Shown here piece after piece: positions 13,170-24,980 of a stretch of 64,000 nt of DNA; within the stretch, counting starts at the first letter, position 1; every line of letters begins with the position of its first letter. Location of the stretch: the NCBI RefSeq assembly GCF_006345805.1, contig NC_043004.1:14136001-14200000 (forward strand), written 5' to 3'. The DNA comes from Octopus sinensis. Taxonomy: Eukaryota. The position numbers and the translations under genes were made by a program. Below the pieces are notes generated by a model. That model ran no database searches, was not told where the DNA came from, and worked only from the letters and a program-made list of their open reading frames with translations.

Positions 13170-13349
13170 GGAGTAAACACACATAAATGTGAAACAAGGT
13201 GGAAAAAAGAGTACTCAAATATCAGTGGTAGAGTAATATGCTTTATTTAAAGCAGCAGAAAATTCAACAAAACCTGTTACTCTGACGGCAAGGCGAAACT
13301 CAGAGAGTAACAGGTTTTGTTGAATTTTCTGCTGCTTTAAATAAAGTAT

Positions 13350-13402
<53 letters not shown>

Positions 13403-13590
13403 GTGTGTGTGTATTTGTCCCCTCGATGTTGGTGTTTTCAAGTCCCCGTAACTTGACGGTTCGGTATGAGAGACCGATAGAATAAGTACTAGGCTTACAA
13501 AGAATAAGACCCGGAGTCGATTTGTTCGACTAAAGGCGGTGCTCCAGCATGGCTGCAGTCAAATGAGTAAAACAAATAAAAGAGTAACAG
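12959..13590 (+). mobile_element. SINE family B interrupted by a fold-back insert in its internal microsatellite
   Basis: Head 12959-13120, insert ~13168-13346 inside the (TA)n tract, tail 13410-13590. Confidence 0.85.
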
Positions 13591-13672
13591 AATACATGTA
13601 TGCACTAACGTATGTATGTACGTGTGTATGTATGTATGTATGTATGCATGTACAGGTGTATGTCTTTTAGTA

Positions 13673-16551
13673 GGGGAGACCGGGGTTAGTTGACTACATT
13701 TTTTACATTTTTACTGACAGCAATACTACTTAACGTATTCTACTGCATCTTGTATTACCCACATAAATCAACCATAGCAGAATACTTACAAAGCTAGAGA
13801 TCTCATCTGCTTATTGTCTGGATTTATATTTTGTGCATTTTCTAAGACCACTTAAATGTGTCAACTTGCTCTGATACTGGGGCAAGTTCACACATTAATG
13901 CATTTTCTTGCAACATACATGTTAGTGGACAAAGACACATGATATAAGCTTGTTAGTTTGATGAAGGACCTTTATTACGGTTTCATTACATATCAGCATC
14001 AGAATCACAATTTAGGCATGTGAATATTGTTAGACCTGGTGTGCCTGGCTCGTGAACCCAACTTTTACAATCAGAGCATTGAAGCCACACTTCCCTTCCT
14101 TTGCTGTTGGTAAAAGGCTCGCAGCAGACTAAGCAATAGCACTCTTATTCTTCAGAGGTATCACTTTCTTGAATTTGAACTTTTTTCTTCACAGTTGGAC
14201 CTTTTCCCTTCGTTGACCTGCCCTTACTGAGTCCATTTCCTATCGTTCCTTTATTAATGTTTGTCTTCTTTTTACTTTTACTTTTTGTCTTTTCTTCTAT
14301 GGTTGATCTTTTAACCGGCGAGTCAGTGAGGATTTCAGGACAACGTTTCATTCTTCCTCTGTTTGATTCTTTCCTAAGACCTGCTTTCAGTAGTGGACGG
14401 ATTTGAAATGGTGAAAGAAAAGACCTGGTGGCTATGTTGCTTGAAGGTCCAGGTGTTGCAGGCGCTGAAGGCCCAGGTGCTGAAAGTGCAGGATCCGGTC
14501 GGTCAGTGATATAGCTTGGTGCTGTCTGTGAAAATGTTGCGATTAAAAGGGCATATTCCTGTAGAAGAAAAGCCACTAAGTATATTCGTAGGAGTTGCAG
14601 TCAATGGCCATGCAGTTTTTACAATACACGGAATGCCATAAATGGTCATGGTCTGGCCAGGATGGTTGATATGCCAGTCATCAATGGCAGTGTTTGTGTA
14701 CTTCTTCAGTGGGCTAATGACCACTTTGTCCAACGGCTGTAACCTGTGTGTGCAGTGAGGTGGGAAAGAAAGCATGGTGATACCATTGTCGGATGCATAA
14801 GTCAGCCCCTCGTGACTGTCCAGCAAGAGAAGGCACGGTGACTGCTTTGAACATTTCACATTCCTCACAAATTGTTGAAGGAATTTCACAAACTGGTCCT
14901 CACACATCCAACTAGATGGATTAGCACCTTCATCACTGCCTTATGGTCCATTGTTCAGGAAATGTGGCCTAAAGTTCTTCCGGGTAAAAACAAAAACGGT
15001 GGTATGCTGTTTCCAGCGGCATTTACACAGCATGCCAATGTGACCAGAGTTCCCCTCTCCGCACTTGTCATTTTTCCCACTTGCTTTGTTCCTTTTCTGG
15101 CAATAATTCTATCAGAGCGCTGCACAGTTGTTATGCCAGTTTCATTCATGTTGTAGATATTGAATGGATCAAATTGATACCGAAGCATTACCTCAGCAAG
15201 TTGGTTGAAAAACATAGCAACGTTTGTCTTGTTGAAACTTGTTGCTCGTGCCAAGCTTGTTGCCTGTAGACTTCTTATGGATAAATTCTTGTGTCGTTGA
15301 AGATATCCAGAGAACCAGTCTTCATTTGCCATTTCTGTCTCATGCCAGGTTGGAGGATATTACATCCGTGTGCCTTTGCCATCTGAAAAGCCAATTTCCG
15401 CACATCCTTTGGAGCAAGCCCATAGTAAATTTCTGCGGCAGCCAAACCATAAGCCTGTAACTGATTGTCGAAATCGTCGGTGAGAACTTGCCGTGGCTTT
15501 TTTGTATCCACTAAGACTGTGATCGTTGTTTGCTTCAGCGGCCTTGGTGCAGTAGCGAGACAGAGATTTTAATGGGATGTCAAATGTCCTCGAAGCTTCC
15601 CGCAAGGAGATGACACGAACTCGGACCTGTTGAATAGCCTGTTGGATTACATCCTGTGGAAGGGTTGTCCTCTCGCTTTTGCGTTTGTCGCACTATGACA
15701 ATTGTAGATCTAGGTTTGTAAAGAGAGAGAGGTGGGGGGGGGGAGAAAAAAAAGCAATTTAGCTCATTGCATAATCCAACAGTGAAAGTAAAACGAAGCT
15801 CTGAGAGTTTACCTACTTTTTAGTTCCAAGCATGCCTGGTCACAGCATAACTTATATATCAGTGGTACAGGTTACAAGGCTGAGGCAGTATACAATCTGT
15901 TGACTAAGTAGGTAGCGGCATGAAGATAGAATAGGTTGGAATAGATAAAGATAGCTGATCTAAAACTATAGCAAGCAATACATAAATTACTCAATGAATT
16001 GATCCAATGTACCAGACAAGAATCAAATAGCAAACACTCTTATTTAAAATGGGATAGATACAATCAGTGAATCATTGTAAGAAACCTACAACAACCTTAT
16101 CACAGGCCGGGGCACGTTGATACACTGTATCAACGTGCCCATGTTTACATGTGTCAACTTGCCCCGGCCCCCATTTCCCTCGTAAATATAAACACTGAGA
16201 GAAAACCACTAGGGTTTCGCAAGAATCCATTTGTATAGGGTCGTGAGAGATATTTTACTAACATCTTAAGGTTTAATACACCATAATGCAGTCTTAAACA
16301 ATATCCAAAACAACTAATTATCAAAAATGCCGAAAATAACTTACTAGCCAGGAAATTCCAATGTTGTCCGCGTGTAGCACAAAAACTTTCACAACGGCGA
16401 CGAAATGAAATGAAGGGGAAGCTTATACTAACAGCACTACTATGATGTCATCAAATCGTCCGAAAGTAGTTTCGCATTTTCTCTAGAGGAAATGTGTCAA
16501 CTTGCCCCTGTAGTCACCTTGCCCCTGTAGTCAACTTGCCCCGGTCTCCCC
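13673..16551 (-). mobile_element. Full-length pogo-like (Tc1/mariner superfamily) DNA transposon
   Basis: 22 bp TIRs GGGGAGACCGGGGTTAGTTGAC (13673-13694) / GTCAACTTGCCCCGGTCTCCCC (16530-16551) with 2 mismatches; TA on both flanks; transposase remnant inside. Confidence 0.95.
13986..15697 (-). pseudogene. Frameshifted DDE_1 (pogo/CENP-B-like) transposase with HTH domains and C-terminal PHD finger
   Basis: ISLREASRTFDIP (psq-like HTH), DWFSGYLQRH, YNMNETG, LLLLDSH, HRLQPLDK, SGFSSTGICPFN; C-terminus CLVCCEPF...WLQCSDCKSWVHE...FTCLNC; several frameshifts; first catalytic D reads N. Confidence 0.92.
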
Positions 16552-16586
16552 TATGCATATATATAAGTAAGAACGAATCCACCTCC

Positions 16587-16625
<39 letters not shown>

Positions 16626-16828
16626 CACACACACACATACACACACATACACGCACACACGCACACACACACACATATATATATATTTCAAAATCTATGA
16701 GGATTACTTAATACATTCTTTGAAGTGTAGAGGTGATTTTCTAAATGAATTGTTATGAAATCCTTTTTCGGGGAAGAACTTTTTTCTAGTGTGTGAACGC
16801 TTTGTTTAAACCTTTCCAAACACACGCA

Positions 16829-16907
<79 letters not shown>

Positions 16908-16925
16908 TATATATATTATATATAT

Positions 16926-16957
<32 letters not shown>

Positions 16958-17446
16958 GATATATATAATATATATATATGATATATATATGATAAAATTC
17001 AATACTGGAAACAGCTTCCTTTATAGGGATGGAAAAAATCCAGTTTTCGACTGGTTTTTCAGTAAATACCCATTATGACAGAGAAAAACTTTTCACAACT
17101 CAAAATATATTCAACATATAAAGATTAAAAGAAAATGGAGATTTATATTATATTTATTGTAATATAATATTATGCTAAGAAATAATATTAAAATATTTCA
17201 ATCGTAAATCTCCATTTTCTTTTAATTATATATAATATAATATATATATATATATATATAATATATATATACATATATATTATATATATATGAAAGAAAG
17301 CGCTAAAATGTACATAAAATGTAATTAAAAAATATATATAATCACCAACATTCTGACTACCTTATTATTCTAAATGTACAATATCTATTATACATCACTT
17401 CAATAACACTCGCCCCTCTCTCTCTCTTTCTCTCTCTCTTTCTCCT

Positions 17447-17501
<55 letters not shown>

Positions 17502-18530
17502 GTAAGTATGTATGTATATGTTTGTGCGAGTGTGTGCTTGCGCATGCGTGGTTATGTAGATAAATAAATAGATAAATGACGATGACGACGACGACGATGA
17601 TGTTGATGGTGGTGGTGGTGGTGGTGGTGACCATAGCAACGTTGAAATCAGTATTGATCGTATTGCTTTTGACAGTGGTGTTTGGCAGTTGTAGTAGAAA
17701 ATAGCGATGAAGAAGGATCCCCTGTAGATGTAGGTATTAATGATGATGACGTTGATTTTGATGTAATAAGATATTTGAACTATAGGTACCACATTTTACC
17801 ATTTTCTTTTCGGAATTATCCTTGTGTTGTATGTGTGAAGGTGTTTTATATATTATTTCGAATTTGAAATTTCCGAATACTGTTAACTTGTGTGTAGAGC
17901 GTGTAAGGATCAATCAGTCCTCGTTGCTTTTTTAATGTACGCTGGGAAAACTTTACGCAAAAATATGTCTTCGTTCGTGATCAATAGAAATGACATATGT
18001 AAATAATAGATTGATGCTCAAATATCTAAAAAATAAATAAATAAATAAAATAAATAAAATAAACTCTCCTAACAATAATCTGCAAATCCTGGAACCATTT
18101 TTCTATGCTATCTTTTGGTTCAATGCAAGCAAATGATGTTCAAATAATTAATTCCCTTGTCTCTCAATTTCCATCCTCAACTATAAATACCTTTAACAAG
18201 ATTATTTTTATCGATTTAGAAGAAACACGAAATGTGTATCGCTTTTTTTTTGTATTGGTTTCTCAAATATTCTCTCATTAATTTCTATATAGACTTTTAT
18301 TATTGTTAATCGAGTTTATACATACATAAACACAGCGAAACCCATGGACAACACAGCTACACATGGCTCTCAAAATATAAAAATATATCAAATACTATCC
18401 ATCCATCCATCCATCCATGCAGCCAGCAAGCCACATATAATCATACACACACACACACACACATAAATACATATATGCATGTGTTCATACATACATACAT
18501 AATATATACATACGTATATACATATACATT

Positions 18531-18906
18531 TATTCTTTTATTTCTTTCCGTCAATTTACAACGGCCATGTTGGAGTACCGCCTTTAGTCGAACAATTCGA
18601 CCCCAGGATTTATTCTTTGTGAGCCTAGTACGTATCCTATCGGTCTCTTTTCAGGACCGCCATGTCACGGGGAAGTAAACACACCAACATCGATTGTCAA
18701 GCGATGATGTTGTACAAACACAGACACATACACACACACACATATATATATACGACTGATTTATTTCAGTTTCCGTCTATCAAATCCACTCACAAGGCTT
18801 TGATCGGCCCGAGGCTATCGTAGAAGACACTGGCCCAAGGTGCCACGCAGTGGAACTGAACCCGGAACCATGTGGTTGGTAAGCAAGCTACTTACCACAC
18901 AGCCAT
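18531..18906 (-). mobile_element. SINE family B
   Basis: Reverse complement of the family B head, internal tract and tail. Confidence 0.88.
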
Positions 18907-18946
<40 letters not shown>

Positions 18947-19025
18947 AATCACTAAGCGCGGTATATATATAAATATATATGTTTGTGAAGGCTAGACAGG
19001 CACACCAGTCAGCAGATCTCACTAT

Positions 19026-19072
19026 CCTAGGCTGATGACGGGTTAAGACCCAGAAACATGCATGTCCACAGG
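19026..19072 (+). ncRNA. Candidate type I hammerhead ribozyme (stem I partly decayed)
   Basis: CTGATGA (19032-38), stem II GGGT/ACCC, GAAA (19053-56), palindromic stem III ACATGCATGT, GUC site; stem I CCTAGG/CACAGG pairs 4 of 6. Confidence 0.65.
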
Positions 19073-20001
19073 TGTGAATCTTGGTTGGCGGGGTGCTTGC
19101 CTCCTTTTCACAAATATAAGGACACAAGAAATGTGTCAAAGCCGACAGGAAGCGTCGATGCTTCCTAGGGCTAAACAGCGGTGGTGTAATTCCCATACGG
19201 GACTGTCACGTTATGTTGACAGTATAGAACCACTCTATATTTATATGCATATATACATACATACATATATATATATATACATACATAGTAATAGGAGGGA
19301 CATAATATTGAGGCAGATACCGAATTATTCTATGTTAAATGCCAAGGCCGGTTCCTTCAGTTAATGAGCTTTATGGTAAATTTCCTTTAAGTCCCATCCG
19401 ATGTTACAGTTTTTCCCTGGCTACTCAGTGTAGAGTACAATACTGATAATGATGAGGAAAATGAAGAATTTAAACATTCAAACTTTACAGTTGGCTTATT
19501 CATTTTATAGATACTTTATTCTTCTATAGCAAGTTGATGCAGTTAGTTTATCACGTCCACTTCCGTCTTTAAGTTCATGCAATAGAAAAATAAAACGCAT
19601 GACACAATGCATTTCACATCAAGTATACAGAACATGAAAGTACTTCTATATTTTCATTATTATGTATTTTAAATGACAGACATGATCAGGATTGTTTCTG
19701 CTTCTGCTTTCGTCTGGCGAAAAGACATTGTCTCTTAAATTCAAGATACGAATATGTGTGTCGGTTACATATATGTATACATACATACATACATACATGC
19801 ATACATACTTGCATACATACATACATACTTCCTGTTAAACATAGGCTTAATAGGAAGATGGTGGTCGATGTATCTATAGGAATAAACTAAAACAGACACG
19901 TGTTTACGAGTGCACTCACACGTGCATGTACAAACGTACTCAAGGACAATGCAAGTTTTTTTACAATATTCTAGTACATAAGCTTTCTCCTCCTCTCTAC
20001 A

Positions 20002-20047
<46 letters not shown>

Positions 20048-20257
20048 ACACACACAAACACACACAAATACACACACAGAGGCACACACATATATTGAAT
20101 TGAGTTGAAACAGTTTCAGCTCACGAGCTGTAGCGATGCTTGCGTACCACCATTTGGTGTTGCTACATAATTATTACTTCACCAATACATTTTAGAACTT
20201 AACATCGGGTGCATGAGGGAGTTGGACACCACTTTCCTCATTTACATATATTTATGT

Positions 20258-20297
<40 letters not shown>

Positions 20298-20338
20298 ACA
20301 CAAACACACACACACACGCATAATAATATATCAGTAGT

Positions 20339-20668
20339 ATAAAGTTAAAACATGGTCTGGTTTTCACGTCTTTTATTATGGTATTTTTAACATTAAAACA
20401 TATTTTGTAATGCTCATAAAGTTAAATTAGCGTTTTATTGGCCAACCTGTATGGTCAAAAAGTTATTATAAAAATTCAGCTTGTTGCAGCTTTCTAAGAG
20501 GTGCTAAAGTTGTCAAGAACTCAGCTGCCAGTTAAACACATTTGAAATTTGATGATTACACTATGTGTGAAAGCGTTAATTTAACTTTATGAGTATTAAA
20601 AAATATTTTTTTAATGTTAAAACGCCATAACATAAGGACGTGAAAACAAGACCAAGTTTTAACTTTAT
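20339..20668. repeat. Fold-back element, ~95 bp arms, with a hammerhead-like core at the inner edge of the right arm
   Basis: Arms 20339-20434 / 20573-20668; AAAT-TTGATGA-TT-ACAC tat GTGT-GAAA-GCGTT-A-ATTT at 20545-20582. Confidence 0.75.
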
Positions 20669-20675
20669 TCACCTG

Positions 20676-20766
<91 letters not shown>

Positions 20767-21306
20767 TAACATCGGGTGCGTATATGTATATAGATAGTAA
20801 ATTAGCGCGTTATTGACCAACAGCGGGGAAAAATATATACACAATACCATTAAAAAAGAAATGGGTGACAGTGATTTTGACGTTTCGGCCTGCTATCCTT
20901 GACATGACTTTCAGCCACAAAAAGATCGAGAGAGGGAACAGCGGACCCATCCTACTGCGTGGTAGCTTAGGCAAGGATCTTCTACTATGATCTCAGGTCG
21001 ACCAAAACCATGTCAGTAGATTTGTTAGACAGAAACAGAAACAACCATGTTGTGTGCGTGTGTGTGTATTTCTTCTGTAAATGTAATATGTGACAATTAT
21101 TCGGTACCCATCTTAAAACTTTGAGTTTTGGATGCCGAGCTGGAAATCCACGTCGCCATCTCTTCAGTTACCCGAGTAACTCGGAGTTTTATCATGCTAC
21201 CGAATAATTGTCACATATTACATTTACAGATAAATTCCTCTATTTACATAATATCGAGGTATCTTTCTTTCTTTTGTTGTCTTACCATTTTTATGAATAA
21301 TATATT

Positions 21307-21357
<51 letters not shown>

Positions 21358-21466
21358 ATATATATATATATATTATATATATATATAATTTAACTCAGTG
21401 CCCCAGCTTGCCGCAGTATAATAACCGAAACAGTAAACATAATATATAAAAGATAGATATATAGAT

Positions 21467-21497
<31 letters not shown>

Positions 21498-23244
21498 ATA
21501 CACACACACACAAACATATGCATGTATGTAGTATATATATTTTATGTGTATATATTTTTATGTGCATATATTGTATGTGAATATATATATGTGTGTATTA
21601 TCCTATACGGTTTTATACCTTCAGCCATCAATATTATTATTTCTTCTGAATAATAATGTTCTTCATATATATATATAACTTCAACACGGAATTATGTACG
21701 TGTGTCTATTTATCTCACAGTGTCTAACTGAAAGTATTTGAAACATTAACCGCCATTTCGTATATCATAGGATTGACGATGTGTAATCAGATTAGTTTCT
21801 TAACTGTAATAATTCGGGTGAGATTTAATCGAAATTATGTCTACATCATGGCATTCTATCTGTGGATGATTTTGGTTTCCCTCCTCCGTTTGTCATTTAC
21901 TGAGCCTTGATTTTTATCAACGCTGGAACCACCATCAGCAGCGAAAACCAGGAATAATCATCGTCGTCATCACTACCAACATCTGCAGCTGCTTATGTTA
22001 AACTTCTCACCAATCGGATAATGAATATATCTTTGACACACAGAGTAAATCCTAGCGACTGCTTTTTATTATATAATTATCTTCGTACGAATAGAAAAGC
22101 ATCAAAAATGATATTAATAGAAAAGGTAGAACTAAATATATGAGGAAAAAAATTGCGATGTAAAACGATTTCGCCAGAGCAGATTTCATACATACATACA
22201 TATGTACATACATACATATATACATACATGTATACATGGATACATACATATATACATACATAATACATACATACATACATACATACATACATACATACAT
22301 ACATACATACTCTCTCTCTCTATCTATCTATCTCTCTCTCACACATATACTGTAAGGGGGCGATCAAATGGAAATGATAAAATGTTGAGATAGAAAATAC
22401 AGATTAAAAAGGAAAATTACAATATAAAGATTAAAAAAAAGAACACACACACAAACCAAAATAGCACGAATCTCATTTAGTTACGAAGTTTCGAGGGAAA
22501 CAATCTTTGTCGATCACATTTAGGCAGACAGAGAATTGATTATATTCTGATGTTTTTAACGTTAATCTCGCATTTATATTCAATATATCGTAGGAAAGGC
22601 TCGTGTTGAAAGCTGCGATAGATGAAATCATATGGCTGAGCCAACTGATTTCAAAACGAAAGCATCAAACACTCTTTTCTTTCCTTTCTTTTCTATCTTT
22701 TCATTAATTTCTTAAATTCATTTTTTATTTGTTCCATATTCTTTGAAATTTTGCAATCACGAGAATTTTACATCTGTTTTCGATTTCCTATTTCGACACA
22801 GAAACTTATATACGACCATAAGACATTTCCTATTTAACAAAATTTAAACTTTTTAATAGATTTTTGACGAATTTAATCACTGACATGTAGGTTTCAATAC
22901 AGTTCAATCATAAGATTTAATGGCTCCACACATGAGTATACATTGCTAATCTTTTCGGCAAATGTTCAACGTTATTTCCAAGAGATTTGTTAGTTTGAAA
23001 TTCAGAATCAAGAGATTTCAATAAAGAAATAGAAAACTGCATGCGTAACCGATTCAGTGACAAAGTGTTGACATATATCATACATATATACATACATGCA
23101 CACACACAGGCACACTCGCACACACAGACAGACACAAACAGACAGACAGACAGACACACACACACACACTCGCAAACATATATATGCATGTATAAATAAA
23201 TATATACTTATATATATTTATATATATGCATGCACATACTTATG

Positions 23245-23283
<39 letters not shown>

Positions 23284-23482
23284 AGGTAAAAGAAAATACA
23301 GCACGATCAGTTGATTATGATATTATTCAATATATTACGCTCTCAGATTCACACACTTATTGTAGCGGGCCTTCAGTTTTTCTAAAACCTGTAAAAGAAC
23401 TCGGAATGATGGGCCTCAATACAGTTCTTTCATGATATCCTTAAAACCAGGAATTTTCATCAAATCCTCGTGTGTGCGTGTT

Positions 23483-23549
<67 letters not shown>

Positions 23550-23562
23550 TATATATTATATA

Positions 23563-23647
<85 letters not shown>

Positions 23648-23671
23648 TATATGTATATATATGTATATATA

Positions 23672-23712
<41 letters not shown>

Positions 23713-23721
23713 TATATATTA

Positions 23722-23764
<43 letters not shown>

Positions 23765-23891
23765 ATATATATTCAAAAAGCAATAAAGATTCAAGTTAAT
23801 TTAAATGAATTTACTTGAATATGGTACCTAACTTAGATGCACCAAAAAAACTATACTGTTTTAACAATACAGTAATGTGGGGTGATTATAA

Positions 23892-24545
23892 GCGAGAAAG
23901 AAGCAACAAGAATGGATAGGTTTTTAGTACAATCGTTTCATACAAGGACAGGCTTTATTAAAAGTTGCAAAAATTACAGCATATAAACGTGTCCCGTACT
24001 CATCAGCTAAAATACATGTGCGTTCTCTAGACATCCTAGTGGTTGAGGCTATACTCATGAAGTAATGAAGATAATTAAGTAACATAAACATAAACAGATA
24101 TCCAAAGTTCATTAAAGTTCTTTAAAGATGATGTACAGTCTTATCACAGAATTTTAAAAAAGGTTTAATAGCAACCCAGAGAAGGTGACCTAATCCATAG
24201 TGCACATATGAATTTCCAGAGATATGATGAGGGATTACATACTCACAGAAAACAAATTTATCCATTGTTAATCACAACGAGGTGGGTCTCAATTCCTGCT
24301 TATTAGCATTACAGAGAGGGTGAATTAATCCTTTGTATAGATGCACAATTTCCAATGGTGTAGATGTAAATTTCCAGAGAAATGAAGAGGAATTTCATAT
24401 TCACATGCGATAAATTTATCGCATGTATTTTAGCTGATGAGTACGGGACACGTTTATATGCTGTAATTTTTGCAACTTTTAATAAAGCCTGTCCTTGTAT
24501 GAAACGATTGTACTAAAAACCTATCCATTCTTGTTGCTTCTTTCT

Positions 24546-24548
<3 letters not shown>
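23892..24548. repeat. Perfect 127 bp inverted repeat with 403 bp spacer
   Basis: 23892-24018 is the exact reverse complement of 24422-24548 (checked by eye). Confidence 0.95.
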
Positions 24549-24590
<42 letters not shown>

Positions 24591-24980
24591 GTGTGTGTGT
24601 GTAGGAAGAAAGTTTGCTTCAAGCAAACCGTAGTAAATATAAAAAGCAATTTTCAGGGACAATAGTGGTTTATTGAGCCAGAATGTTGTTGATTTTTTTC
24701 TTAACGGAGTAGGATAAATTGAAAACAGCTCTGTCCATATTTCACGGTAGGTAACCAGAGTTGCCGGGTATGCGAATAAGAATACAAGCGATAGTAAACG
24801 GAGTAGATAAGATCCGAGCTACATATGTTTTATAGCAAGCAGAACTTTGGAAGTAGTAAATATCCAGTGAGGTGTTTACCGCAGGTTACCCTTCAGGCCA
24901 AGGATATTTTCATTAAATGAAAGATTACATCGTCGCATGGAAAATTCAAATAGGATATATATATATATATATATATATAT

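Noticed and set aside
20878-20915. Hammerhead remnant on minus strand (GGCC-GAAAC-GTC)
   Set aside because: Only the 3' half fits; upstream CTGAAAG is misplaced and there is no stem I.
24190-24420. C2H2 zinc-finger exon (two degenerate ~70 bp repeats)
   Set aside because: Multiple stops, no TGEKP linker, Cys/His spacing not preserved.
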